Below, piece after piece: positions 39,820-64,000 of a stretch of DNA of 64,000 nucleotides. The notes below the pieces were generated by a model. The model was given only the letters and a program-made list of their open reading frames with translations, did no database searches and was not told where the DNA came from. Position 1 is the stretch's first letter, and every line of letters starts with the position of its first letter. The position numbers were made by a program, and so were the translations under genes. Source of the DNA: Nitrospirales bacterium (GTDB lineage Bacteria > Nitrospirota > Nitrospiria > Nitrospirales > UBA8639); contig CBDBCZ010000018.1 in assembly GCA_965203295.1 (NCBI GenBank), positions 736,001 to 800,000 of the forward strand, given 5' to 3'.

Positions 39820-40475
39820 GTATTCTGTGTTGAAGACTACCTATACCATAAGAACAGCTAACATGATATGGCAAACTACGTAGCTACTAGCTTCTGCATT
39901 AATCTCAATTAATGCAACACAGTGAACCATGGCCTCTTGAATGAGTTCAACTACAACTATAGCGGAGGGTGAAAGCATGCATTCATTTACACATTTGTAG
40001 TTATACAGAGTGCATACTATTTCACAAAACATTGTCAATCAGCATTTTGACATCTTTGTTGGATTTTTGTTGTCCCGCTAGAACTGATTTATTGTATATT
40101 GGTATGGTGCTGATCCCCGTATGTGGCCTCCTTTGAGTGCTATAAGCATTGGAAAAAGTGGTTACCAATGTAATGTACATTAAGTAGCTAGGTCGGAGCA
40201 CGAGACAAAAAATTGTGACGATTGTGATGTCTTCGGTACTGGGTTATGAGCTCTGACTAGCGACACTACCGTTTATTGCTGCAATTAGATGCCGCCCTCC
40301 ATTATTAGATTTATGCCCTCTCTTGAAATTTTAGCATCGCAAAGTCCAAAATTTCTGCTAAAAATAGTGGCCGCCCTCAACTAGTAGCTACCACAGCATA
40401 CAACAGCAACAACTAACCAGTCAAGGCAGCTATAGCTAAAGTAGAGTAGTACTTGAGGCTTTGCTAGCTAACAGT
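39820..40475 (+). repeat. Upstream region paralogous to ~33350-33925, marking the tandem duplication unit of the beta-helix genes
   Basis: Shared attctgtgttgaag, gtgaaccatggcc.cttgaatgagttcaa and aaaatagtggc blocks in the same order. Confidence 0.75.
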
Positions 40476-41092
40476 AATTTTTTCTCTTTACGTATGGAGG
40501 TCTGCTAAGGGATAAATACCAGAAGGAGGCTGCTATATTATGGTACACTAACAAATGAAAGTGCAAAATAACTATAAAAATATTCCTGAAATGGTAAAAA
40601 TTGGTAATGGTTTGGCGAATATTGCCCCCCAAAAAACTTGCTGTTGGTAGCTAGGTACCCCATTGTCAATAGAAATTATCAGGCAAGAGAAGGTTCGTAG
40701 GGCAATCAAAGTTTCCATCATTGGAAAACACAATGCTACTTCTCCAGCAAGCAAAAATGCATCGTTTTTGCAAAAGAAATAGCCTGGCATTTACTAATGC
40801 TCCACCTTATTTCGTAAAGAATCGCTGCAATGGAAACAGTAAAGTTTGCCAAGCTTTCCTTTTCTTGGCAAAGATCTCACCTTTATTGGAAATGATGTAT
40901 CCAAAAAGAGAGATTTTATGCTACTCCAGCTGGCCTAATATTTGTATGAGTAATATGAGTTGTGATTGCAGTTAAGATTAGAGTAGTTTTGAAGGTGATT
41001 TAGATTTTACATTTAATATTATCCTAACTGAACTTGCTATAGTTAATTTTAGGAGTTGGTGTGTGATTACGGTGACTTACAACACATAACCT

Positions 41093-41175
41093 TACAATAA
41101 TCGCCTTGCTGATCAGCTTCCCTTTGTACTGCACTCAATACACCTACTAAATCAAGACTACTACATCAAGCCTAC
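41093..41175 (+). pseudogene. Truncated copy of the signal-peptide/N-terminal segment of the 44221 gene
   Basis: acaataatcgccttgctgatcagcttccctttgtactgcactcaa...actacatcaagcctact matches ~44290-44360; contains an in-frame TAA. Confidence 0.8.
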
Positions 41176-41292
41176 TAACCTCACCCTCACCCTCATGTAC
41201 CGTCACCCTCACCCTCATGTACCATCCATCACCCTCACCCTCACACTAACCCTAACCCTAACCCTTACCACAACCCTTACCCTAACCTTAAC
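41176..41292 (+). repeat. Degenerate telomere-like (CCCTAA/CCCTCA)n tract
   Basis: accctcaccctc...ctaaccctaaccctaacccttac. Confidence 0.7.
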
Positions 41293-43575
41293 TTGCTGGT
41301 AGTCATTCAGCTGTCCACTCTCTGTTGGGAAAGAGCAGCATGAGTGGCTCAAGTGACAGATGGCAAGCCTTACTCAGCTACTAAACCCACTAGGGCCTTC
41401 ATGTAGTAACATCTTACTACAATAGAATGTGTGCTCGTTCACTATATGCATTTGTGTGGCTTCATGCTCCCTCACTTTCCTTCACTCCTGTTACAAGACA
41501 TAGCTACTGGAAGCGATTGGAGCCATTTGAAATTACAGACAATAGACTCTTAATTGCAGAGCTGACAGAGGTACGCCAGCTTCTTCTTAGTACAACACAT
41601 GAGGAGAGCCCGGTCACCACTGCTAGTAGAACCAACTGTCACCAACATTGCATTTTGCACCAATTGCAACATGCAACAGCATAGTGATCGCTACCATGCC
41701 TGACCTTACTAATATCACATAGACATGCAGAGGAGACAACATAGACACATTGCTAGTATTTTTCATTTTTAAAGTACCTCAGCAACGCTTTACAGTGTTA
41801 GCTATTGGGTTGTAAGACTGAAAAGTACCGATAGTAAGAAAGGCTTCTTAGAATGCAATTAGTGTCTCCATGTATGAAAAACAATTATCAGTGGGGCTTT
41901 TAGGAGGTACAAACTTTACATTTGTTGCTACGTTGGAATCTGAATCTATAGAATTGAAATATGCAATTCAATAGCTACTACTATAAATTCTGGAAGTGAT
42001 TGTTTATGGTTTCACTGTAGTTTCACCATCTCTAAGCCTCGATTATGAACAACACTTTAATAGTTCACAATCACAAGTTACAGCAGTGATAACTTCAGCT
42101 GCGAGATTTTGCATCAAGAAAGTATCCAGTGAGTCAATAAAGCATCAGATTGCCGAAGTTACAGCAGTGTTTTTGGTTCTCTCAGAAGGTAAGTTGGTTA
42201 TAGCTATCACACACCGCTTCGATCTTAATGTAGCAGTTTTACAGCTAAGTTACATGCATGTTTTGCCATTCTAAAGAAAATTGCTCCTAAGAAAACTCAT
42301 GATTCTCAATAACTCTATCATTACCACACAAGCATATTGCTTCACGCAAACACACTAATGTACTCAATGATTCTCTCACCCCTGAAATACGGAAAGATAA
42401 AGTTTTAGGACAATCATGAAATAAGAAAGAGCATGTAGGGATGAATTTGTAAAGAAGGTAATGAATCAAGGTAGGAATGACATCACAGAATTTTCATGGA
42501 TTACTTTCTCTACATCCTGCCAACCACATGCACACCACAATACCCTCCATGCTACTTATGATCTTGTAATAATTGAAACCAAAGCATGGTGTATAGCTCC
42601 TGTACCCACATGGCTACGTAGCAGTAAAACAACAGCATGCATACTGAAGATCGGTCTTTACCTACTATTACACTGATATTGAGCACAAACAAAGCTTTTC
42701 AAAAGAGTTAGTTAAGTTGTGGCTGGCTTGCACACGTGTATACTATATAGTCTGTGCATTTGCTTGTCACGTAATGTATCAATATTATTGTTAAAAGTTT
42801 CAGTACTGTTGGTTTCAAAGTGTATGATGTGTAGCAAAATATTCTATTATAAAGTGTCACTACCAGACATCTTGGTGAGAAAAAGGGAAAGCTTTGGACA
42901 GGCAGTATTCATAACAGAAAATTTAGGGAATGTAAAGCTATTTTTTGGTGAATAATGCGCAGTAATAGTGGCAAACATTCACCTTTGTGGCCAATGTTCT
43001 ACTGGGAGTGAATAATACGAATTTTCAAATGGAAAGACATTCTTTACCAATGTTTTTAATTTTATTAACAAAAACAAATAACTTTTACTATCAATGACCA
43101 GGTGCCAAAAATTACCACTGGCATAAGGAAACAGCCTATTTTACCATTTCAATGTCAATGACTGCTGATTTATGTCCATTATTCGTTAGATAAAGCATTA
43201 TCAAAGATTGGACTTTCTTTGCCAAAATATTGGTAATGAAATGGCAAATTTGGGCAATGACTTAGCAAATACTGCCAAAAGAAAACTTTTTTGTTGGTAC
43301 ACCCACTATCAGTGGGAGTTCGAGCAAAAAAAGTTTTTGCAATGTAATTTGTTTGGCAATGAAAGCCCTTTCTTTTGTAATGAAAGATGTTAGTTGGATA
43401 ATAGAACAGCGTTATATTTTGGCTAAAAAATTCCTTCCATTGGCAAACTTGTACCATTCCTTGTCATTGCCAAGGAAAGCAAATGCTTTGCTGTTCCTGC
43501 CAATTCTTCGGTTGCAAAATTATTTGCACACTGAATACAGGTTAGACACCAAGGTAGAGGTATCTCAGGTTAATG

Positions 43576-43755
43576 TACATTACCATGGCAACCACTTTTT
43601 CCCACGCTTATAGCACTCAAAGGAGGCCACATACAAGGATCATTGTTATACCAATGTACATTAAATCAGTTAAAGATCAGTTTGGGTGAGGGGTTAAATT
43701 CCTCTTCGCCTCGGACTTTAAATTCCCCTCACCCAAACTGACCTTTAACTATTAC
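43576..43755 (+). mobile_element. Dispersed ~180-bp element ending in a long hairpin; copies at ~62747-62926 (direct) and ~40082-40180 (inverted, partial)
   Basis: acattaccatggcaaccactttt...ggaggccacatac..., followed by ~26-bp arms agttaaag.tcagtttgggtgagggg / cccctcacccaaactgacctttaact. Confidence 0.75.
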
Positions 43756-44220
43756 ATAATAGATACCGAGCACAGCGATCTATTGACTGAGATGCCGACT
43801 CAGAGGTGTCTAACCGATTTAGACCTAGTGTTATGACAGCTGTGCAAGCCATTGATCTATTTGAAGTTTAGCGGCTTCAGCTGTGACAGGCAAATCATGA
43901 ATAAAGATGAGGTATCTAAATCTGATAGATACCGGCTGGCAGGTATCTATTGGATTTAGATACCTCATTAAGCTGGCATACTTCAAAGGGTATTATTCAT
44001 GACTAGGTCTAAGAATAGTTATGTACATTGGTCTGTTAAAATGTCTGTGTCTACTCCAGCCTGCATAATGTTTTACATGTCTATAGCATTTATGTTATAA
44101 GGTGTGATTGCAAGATCACAAGTTAGGACTAGGAGTAACTGATTTACATTTATTTTCCTAAGCTTACTATGTTAAGTATGTACATCTAGGACTATAACAA
44201 GGCTCAAGAGAATAAAAGAT

Positions 44221-47200
44221 ATGAAAAAGCAACACATTTCCACAATCAGAATGAAGCAGTGTCTCCTAGCAATCAGTTGGCATAAGCTGACAATAATCAC
44301 ATTGTTGATCAGCTTCCCTTTGTACTGCACCCAAAGCACCCACTACATCAAGCCAACTGCTGACACACCATGTCCGGGAGAGCCCTGCCACACCCTCTCC
44401 CAGTATGGTGAGGAATACTTCCACAATATCAATTTAAATGCAACACTTGAGTTTCTCCCTGGTGATCACACTCTCAACTTCACCATCTCATTGGGAACTC
44501 TCTCCAATTCTTGGGATAATAGTCAGCCAGGTGACTACTACCCTTCCTCTTCCCTCACTTTACTTGGAAGCCCCGCCTTCCTTCCAGAGATCACTAGCAG
44601 GATAGTGTGCACATGGCCAGCTGGTTTTCTCTTTTCAGGTATCACTGAAGTGCATGTAACTGCACTGACCTTTTTCTCATGTGGACATAATGACAGTGCC
44701 GCTCTTAAAATCCTGGCAGTGGGGAAAACCAATATTACAAAGTCCACTTTCCTAAACAACAAAAACAGTCGGTCTGGATCAAGTGAGGAAGGGTTTGGAG
44801 GTGCTATTTATGTACACAGCAGTAATATTACTTTTGCAGAAAACATCTTTCAACACAACATTGCAGACAATGGTGGTGCAATTGAAATTTCCTCCAACAA
44901 TGAAGTCACTTTCTCAAGGAACACATTTTACAACAACTCAGCTTATTACTTTGGAGGAGCTCTTTATGCAAATACAAAGACCAAGCTCACCCTCTTAGAG
45001 AACACATTTCAGAACAACTCTGCTGAATCCTCAGGAGGTGCTCTTTTTGCATACACAAACAATGCCATTACCCTCTCAGAGAACAGATTTCAGAATAACC
45101 TTGCCAAAAATGGAGGTACTCTATTTGTATACTCAGAAAACACCCTCACCCTTTCAAAGAACACAATTCGGGGCAACTTTGCTGAATATGGAGGTGCTGT
45201 TTACGCAGAAACAAACAACACACTCATCTTCTCAGGGGACACATTTCAGAATAACTTTGCTGGTTATGGAGGTGCTCTTTATACAGGTAGAAACAACACC
45301 CTCACCATCTCAAAGAACACATTTCAGAACAACTCTGCTTTATCTAATGGAGGTGCACTTACTACATATACACACAATACCCTCACCCTCTCAGACAATA
45401 CATTTATTAATAACTCTGCTGGTGCTGGAGGTGCTGTTTTTGTATATTCATATAGCACTCTCACCCTTTCAAATAACATAATTCAGAACAACTCTGTACG
45501 TAATGCCGGAGGGGCTCTTTATGTATACACAAACAATCTACTAATTATCTCAGTGAATACATTTCAGAATAACTTTGCTAATTATCTCGGAGGTACTCTT
45601 GCTGCTATGTTAAATACCTACCTCACACTCTCAGGGAACACATTTAAAAACAACTATGCTGGTAATGCCGGAGGTTCTATTTTTTTGAATACAAGCAACA
45701 TCTTCTCCCTCTCAGAGAACACTTTTCAAAGGAACTGTGCTGAATATTACGGAGGTGCTCTTTATGCAGATGAAAACAACACCCTCACCCTCTCAGGGAA
45801 CACATTTCAAAACAACTGTGCTTCATCTACTGGAGGTGTTATTACAGCATTTACAAACAACACCCTCATCCTCTCAGGGAACACATTAATGAATAACTTT
45901 GCAGGTACTTCCGGAGGTGCTCTTTTTTCACATTCAAATAGCACTCTCACCCTTTCAGATAACACAATTCAGAACAACTCTGCAAGTAATGCCGGAGGTG
46001 CTCTTTTTTCATATTCATACAGCACTCTTATCCTTGCAGGTAACACCATTCAGAACAACTCTGCAGGTAATGCTGGGGGTGCTCTTTATTCATATACAAA
46101 TATTGTATTCACCCTCTTGGAGAATATATTTCAGAACAACTCTGCTGGTAATGCTGGAGGTGTTCTTCTTGCAAATACAAGCAACACCTTCACCCTCTTG
46201 GAGAATATATTTCAAAACAACTCTGCTGGTAATGCTGGAGGTGCTCTTTTTGCAAATAAAAGCAACATCTTTGCCCTCTCAGAGAACACTTTTCAAAAGA
46301 ACTCTGCTGAATATTCCGGAGGTGCTCTTTATGGTGATAGAAACAACACCTTTGAGCTTTCAGAGAACACATTTCTAAACAACTCTGCTTTATCTACCGG
46401 AGGTACACTTACAGCATTTACAAACAACACCCTCACCCTCTCAGAGAACACATTCATGAACAATTTTGTTGGTAGCGCCGGTGGTGTTCTTTTTTCACAT
46501 TCATATAGCACTCTCATTCTTTCAGATAATACATTTCAAAACAACTCTGCAGGAAGTGCTGGAGGTACTCTTTACGTATATACAAACAACACACTCATCA
46601 TCTCAGGGAACACATTTCAGAACAACTCTGCCGGTTATTCTGGAGGTGCTCTTGCAGCAATGATAAACAACCACCTCACGTTCTCTGAGAATACATTTCA
46701 GAAAAATTATGCTGGTAATGCAGGAGGTGCTCTTTTTGCAAATACAAGCAATACCTTCTTTCTCTCAGAGAATACTTTTCAAATGAGCTCTGCTGAATTT
46801 GGAGGTGCTCTTACTGCATATGGAAACAACACACTCACCCTCTCAAAGAACACATTTCAAAATAACTCTGCTGGTAATGCAGGTGGTGTACTTATTGCAT
46901 ATTACAAATACAACATTCTCACACTCTCAGAAAACACTTTCCAAAGCAATTCAGCTGTTTATGGAGGAGCCCTGGTAGCACGAGAAAGCACAGTAAATCT
47001 TACTAACAACACTCTCTTTGGAAATATAGCTGAGTTAAATGGTGGAGCTATTCTTTGCTTTAGCAATTGCACTTTACTAGTACATGGGAGTCACATTGTG
47101 AGGAATAACATAGCTCAGCGTGGTGGGGCTATTGCTGCATTAGGCTGTAAAGTAGTTCTTACTGGAGATGCAATACTTGAGAACAACACAGCCTATTATG

Positions 47201-49014
47201 GTGGAGGGCTATACGCTCAACAAGCAGAGATAGGTGGTAATGCATACCTTATAAAAAATTTTGCTCGTAGAAGTGGAGGCGGTGTTTATGCATCAAGAAG
47301 TGTTTTATACTTCAAAAGCACCTTTCGGTTTGATGAAAATTTAGCATTAAATGGCGGTGGACTGCTATTTGCTGATGGTTCTAGATTTTACCTTTGGCCA
47401 AAAACAACTGTTCACTTTACAAAGAACTCTGCACAGCAAAAAGGAGGAGCAATTAAAGTCACAAGAAACAATCCTCTCAGTCATTGTGTTGAAGAATCTT
47501 GCAATTTTTTAACTGGGAGTGACTGCTTCTTTCAAGTTCAGACCGAAAGACACTATAATTTTACCACAATTGTCCAAGAAATTGCTGAACTAAAGAATAT
47601 CAGATTGTACTTCCAAAATAATACAGCTCACGAAGCAGGTGCAATGTTATATGGTGGTTCAGTTGATAACTGCAGTCTTAGCCTCATTAACCCACAACTT
47701 GTAGGTTATCTTGAGCCCTACAAGTGTTCCAGCAGTGGTGAAGTATTTGACTATATAAGTACTTTATATGAACAATTTCAGGACATTTCCTCAGACCCAC
47801 TGTACATCTGCTCATGTGTAGATGGTGAACCAGATTGCAGTGCCTCTTCCATCTCAAGATTAGTGTATCCAGGAGGAACAATAAAAATTACCACAATCGC
47901 ATATGGACAGCGGAACGGAACAACTCCTGCGGTGGTGTATATGATCACACCCGGTGAAGAAATTACAACTAAAGAGTCTGAAAAAACTCAGGGGATCACA
48001 AAAAGTTGTACTTCTCTCAACTACACTGTGCAGACACGTACTGAAGGTAGTAATTATGAAATGATGCTGTATGTGGGTTCCTGTCCACCTAATGAAAGAA
48101 CAGAATTGTCAGGACCTACTAATGTTATTACAGTTCATGTCACTATACTTGATTGTCCTCATGGATTTGAGCTTTCAGGTTATGAACCACTTTGCAACTG
48201 TGCACAGAGACTTCAGCAATATACAAATACATGCAAGATAGCTGACAGGACAATAGAGCGTGCTACACATCATGAGTTTTGGGTGGGATACAAAGAAGAT
48301 AATACATCATCCGATGGTTTGATTCTTCATCGTCATTGTCCCTTTGATTACTGCACATCCAATGAACTGTATTTAGCAGTCGATGACAGTGATAAACAGT
48401 GCGTTGCCAACCGAACTGGCCTACTGTGTGGAAAATGCACTCCAAATTTCAGCCTTGCACTGGGTACTAACCGCTGCTTGCAGTGTTCCAGTAACTACCT
48501 CTGGCTCATAGCAGCATTTGCTTTCGCTGGTGTGGCATTAGTACTTGTACTATTAGTACTAAGGCTAACAGTTGCTGTTGGTACGATCAACGGGCTGATT
48601 TTCTATGCCAACGTTTTCTCAATGAACTCCGCAACATTCTTTAGTCCACATACTAATGTTCTGACGGTATTTATAGCCTGGCTAAACTTAGATCTAGGAA
48701 TTGAAACTTGCTTTTATGATGGCATGGATGCCTATGCTAAAGCATGGCTGCAGTTTGTGTTTCCTATCTATGTGTGGGCACTTGTAGGAATCATAATCCT
48801 CATTAGTCACTACTCCTCAAAAGTGGCTACCTTCTTGGAACTAATCCAGCCGCAGTTCTCGCAACACTCTTTCTGCTATCATACAGTAAGCTTCTCCGGG
48901 CAGTCATTACAGCTCTTTCTTTCACTCTCCTGGAATATCCAAACAACTCAAAAATTGCTGTATGGCTCTACGATGGAAATATTGGATATCTCAGCAAAAA
49001 CCACACTTTTTTGA
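44221..49014 (+). CDS. Paralog of the 34712 gene with 34 beta-helix coils; frameshifted and 3'-truncated (truncated variant or pseudogene)
   Basis: Collinear with gene 1. 1-bp deletion after 48831 (gctacc-ttcttgga vs gctaccattcttgga). Homology ends at ~49005, so ~250 C-terminal codons of gene 1 have no counterpart. Confidence 0.85.
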   Translation: MKKQHISTIRMKQCLLAISWHKLTIITLLISFPLYCTQSTHYIKPTADTPCPGEPCHTLSQYGEEYFHNINLNATLEFLPGDHTLNFTISLGTLSNSWDNSQPGDYYPSSSLTLLGSPAFLPEITSRIVCTWPAGFLFSGITEVHVTALTFFSCGHNDSAALKILAVGKTNITKSTFLNNKNSRSGSSEEGFGGAIYVHSSNITFAENIFQHNIADNGGAIEISSNNEVTFSRNTFYNNSAYYFGGALYANTKTKLTLLENTFQNNSAESSGGALFAYTNNAITLSENRFQNNLAKNGGTLFVYSENTLTLSKNTIRGNFAEYGGAVYAETNNTLIFSGDTFQNNFAGYGGALYTGRNNTLTISKNTFQNNSALSNGGALTTYTHNTLTLSDNTFINNSAGAGGAVFVYSYSTLTLSNNIIQNNSVRNAGGALYVYTNNLLIISVNTFQNNFANYLGGTLAAMLNTYLTLSGNTFKNNYAGNAGGSIFLNTSNIFSLSENTFQRNCAEYYGGALYADENNTLTLSGNTFQNNCASSTGGVITAFTNNTLILSGNTLMNNFAGTSGGALFSHSNSTLTLSDNTIQNNSASNAGGALFSYSYSTLILAGNTIQNNSAGNAGGALYSYTNIVFTLLENIFQNNSAGNAGGVLLANTSNTFTLLENIFQNNSAGNAGGALFANKSNIFALSENTFQKNSAEYSGGALYGDRNNTFELSENTFLNNSALSTGGTLTAFTNNTLTLSENTFMNNFVGSAGGVLFSHSYSTLILSDNTFQNNSAGSAGGTLYVYTNNTLIISGNTFQNNSAGYSGGALAAMINNHLTFSENTFQKNYAGNAGGALFANTSNTFFLSENTFQMSSAEFGGALTAYGNNTLTLSKNTFQNNSAGNAGGVLIAYYKYNILTLSENTFQSNSAVYGGALVARESTVNLTNNTLFGNIAELNGGAILCFSNCTLLVHGSHIVRNNIAQRGGAIAALGCKVVLTGDAILENNTAYYGGGLYAQQAEIGGNAYLIKNFARRSGGGVYASRSVLYFKSTFRFDENLALNGGGLLFADGSRFYLWPKTTVHFTKNSAQQKGGAIKVTRNNPLSHCVEESCNFLTGSDCFFQVQTERHYNFTTIVQEIAELKNIRLYFQNNTAHEAGAMLYGGSVDNCSLSLINPQLVGYLEPYKCSSSGEVFDYISTLYEQFQDISSDPLYICSCVDGEPDCSASSISRLVYPGGTIKITTIAYGQRNGTTPAVVYMITPGEEITTKESEKTQGITKSCTSLNYTVQTRTEGSNYEMMLYVGSCPPNERTELSGPTNVITVHVTILDCPHGFELSGYEPLCNCAQRLQQYTNTCKIADRTIERATHHEFWVGYKEDNTSSDGLILHRHCPFDYCTSNELYLAVDDSDKQCVANRTGLLCGKCTPNFSLALGTNRCLQCSSNYLWLIAAFAFAGVALVLVLLVLRLTVAVGTINGLIFYANVFSMNSATFFSPHTNVLTVFIAWLNLDLGIETCFYDGMDAYAKAWLQFVFPIYVWALVGIIILISHYSSKVATFLELIQPQFSQHSFCYHTVSFSGQSLQLFLSLSWNIQTTQKLLYGSTMEILDISAKTTLF

Positions 49015-49446
49015 ATGTGTTAACATTACTTTACATTTATTTCAATGTGTGAAAAATACTATAGTTTATTCCCGGAAGCCAGTGCCTTTTACGTTTTAGT
49101 TTTAGATAGTTAATCAAAATCTGTTTTTGCACCTACTAAACACTTTTCGTTTTACGTTTTAGCAAACTAAATATTGATGACACCCATACCTATATATAAT
49201 TGGGGCTGCAGGTTTTATTATAGAAGCAGCCAAATTTAAACTATGGGATATATTCATTTAGTAAAAAGTAGTCAAAAAACAAACAGTACTATAGTTATAT
49301 ACAATGAAGGGCATGTTTAGGCCTATTACAAATCAGTCAGTAGGTAAGAAATCATGGATAACAATAATAATTAGTGACAGGTATTTTTACAGTTCTAGCT
49401 GTCAGGTGATTTGAAAGCATTACTGTGATAGTTGTGATTTACAGTG

Positions 49447-63684
<14,238 letters not shown>

Positions 63685-63812
63685 GTTTCAATACAGGCTT
63701 TCAGAGTCTAGACACTGACAGCTAGGTTTATAGCTAGTATGGTTTGTTCGTGACTGAGTAAACTGGAATGCCTCATGTGACCTTGGCAGCTATACAAATC
63801 ACTAGGATGGTG

Positions 63813-63875
63813 CAAAGTGCTTAGCAACAGACACAAAGTGCTTAGCAACAGACACAAAGTGCTTAGCAACAGACA
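63813..63875 (+). repeat. Three perfect 21-bp tandem repeats upstream of the ABCB start
   Basis: caaagtgcttagcaacagaca x3 with no spacers. Confidence 0.9.
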
Positions 63876-64000
63876 CACCCACATTCATTCCTTGGCTGTC
63901 AATACCGGGCAGAGTTCTCTTGAGTGATTATGGCCAAAGCGATACATGTAGTTTGGCTTGCTCACGTACACGCCCTTTTAAAGAAATAAAATTGTGATAC

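Noticed and set aside
40082..43670. ~100-bp inverted repeats as TIRs of a 3.6-kb transposon
   Set aside because: The interior includes host sequence paralogous to 33.6-33.9 kb, and a third copy lies at 62.7 kb; better explained as independent insertions
34694..49014. Bacterial contamination or autotransporter (Pmp) genes
   Set aside because: No beta-barrel domain; they have Cys-rich and alpha-helical TM regions and are embedded among spliced genes and eukaryotic TEs
63813..63875. Possible CRISPR-like array
   Set aside because: Perfect head-to-tail 21-mers without spacers, no cas genes, eukaryotic context

Overview
Intron-rich eukaryotic DNA, most consistent with a demosponge. That is an inference from short GT-AG introns, death-fold genes and large single-exon beta-helix/Cys-rich/multi-TM genes. 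Main content, left to right: (1) a degenerate pair of minimal hammerhead ribozyme motifs; (2) a ~13-exon coiled-coil + CARD-like gene with six homologous symmetric micro-exons; (3) a 2.5-kb IS630/Tc1-mariner (DD34E) transposon with 33-bp perfect TIRs and a TA duplication, carrying a second, intact, spliced, convergent gene (PB1-like + SHOCT-like) and nested in an older TIR element; (4) a full-length young Ty1/copia element whose integrase has a catalytic D-to-N change; (5) a probable two-TM, C-terminal death-domain gene; (6) a repeat-rich zone containing a fused relic of the downstream beta-helix and ABCB genes; (7) two tandem beta-helix-repeat membrane-protein paralogs with 17 vs 34 coils, the second frameshifted and truncated; (8) a complete 24-exon ABCB1/MDR-type transporter with a very long first extracellular loop. 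The best candidate for an undescribed system is the two-gene Tc1/IS630-like transposon. All gene models, alignments and counts were made by eye; no database searches were run.
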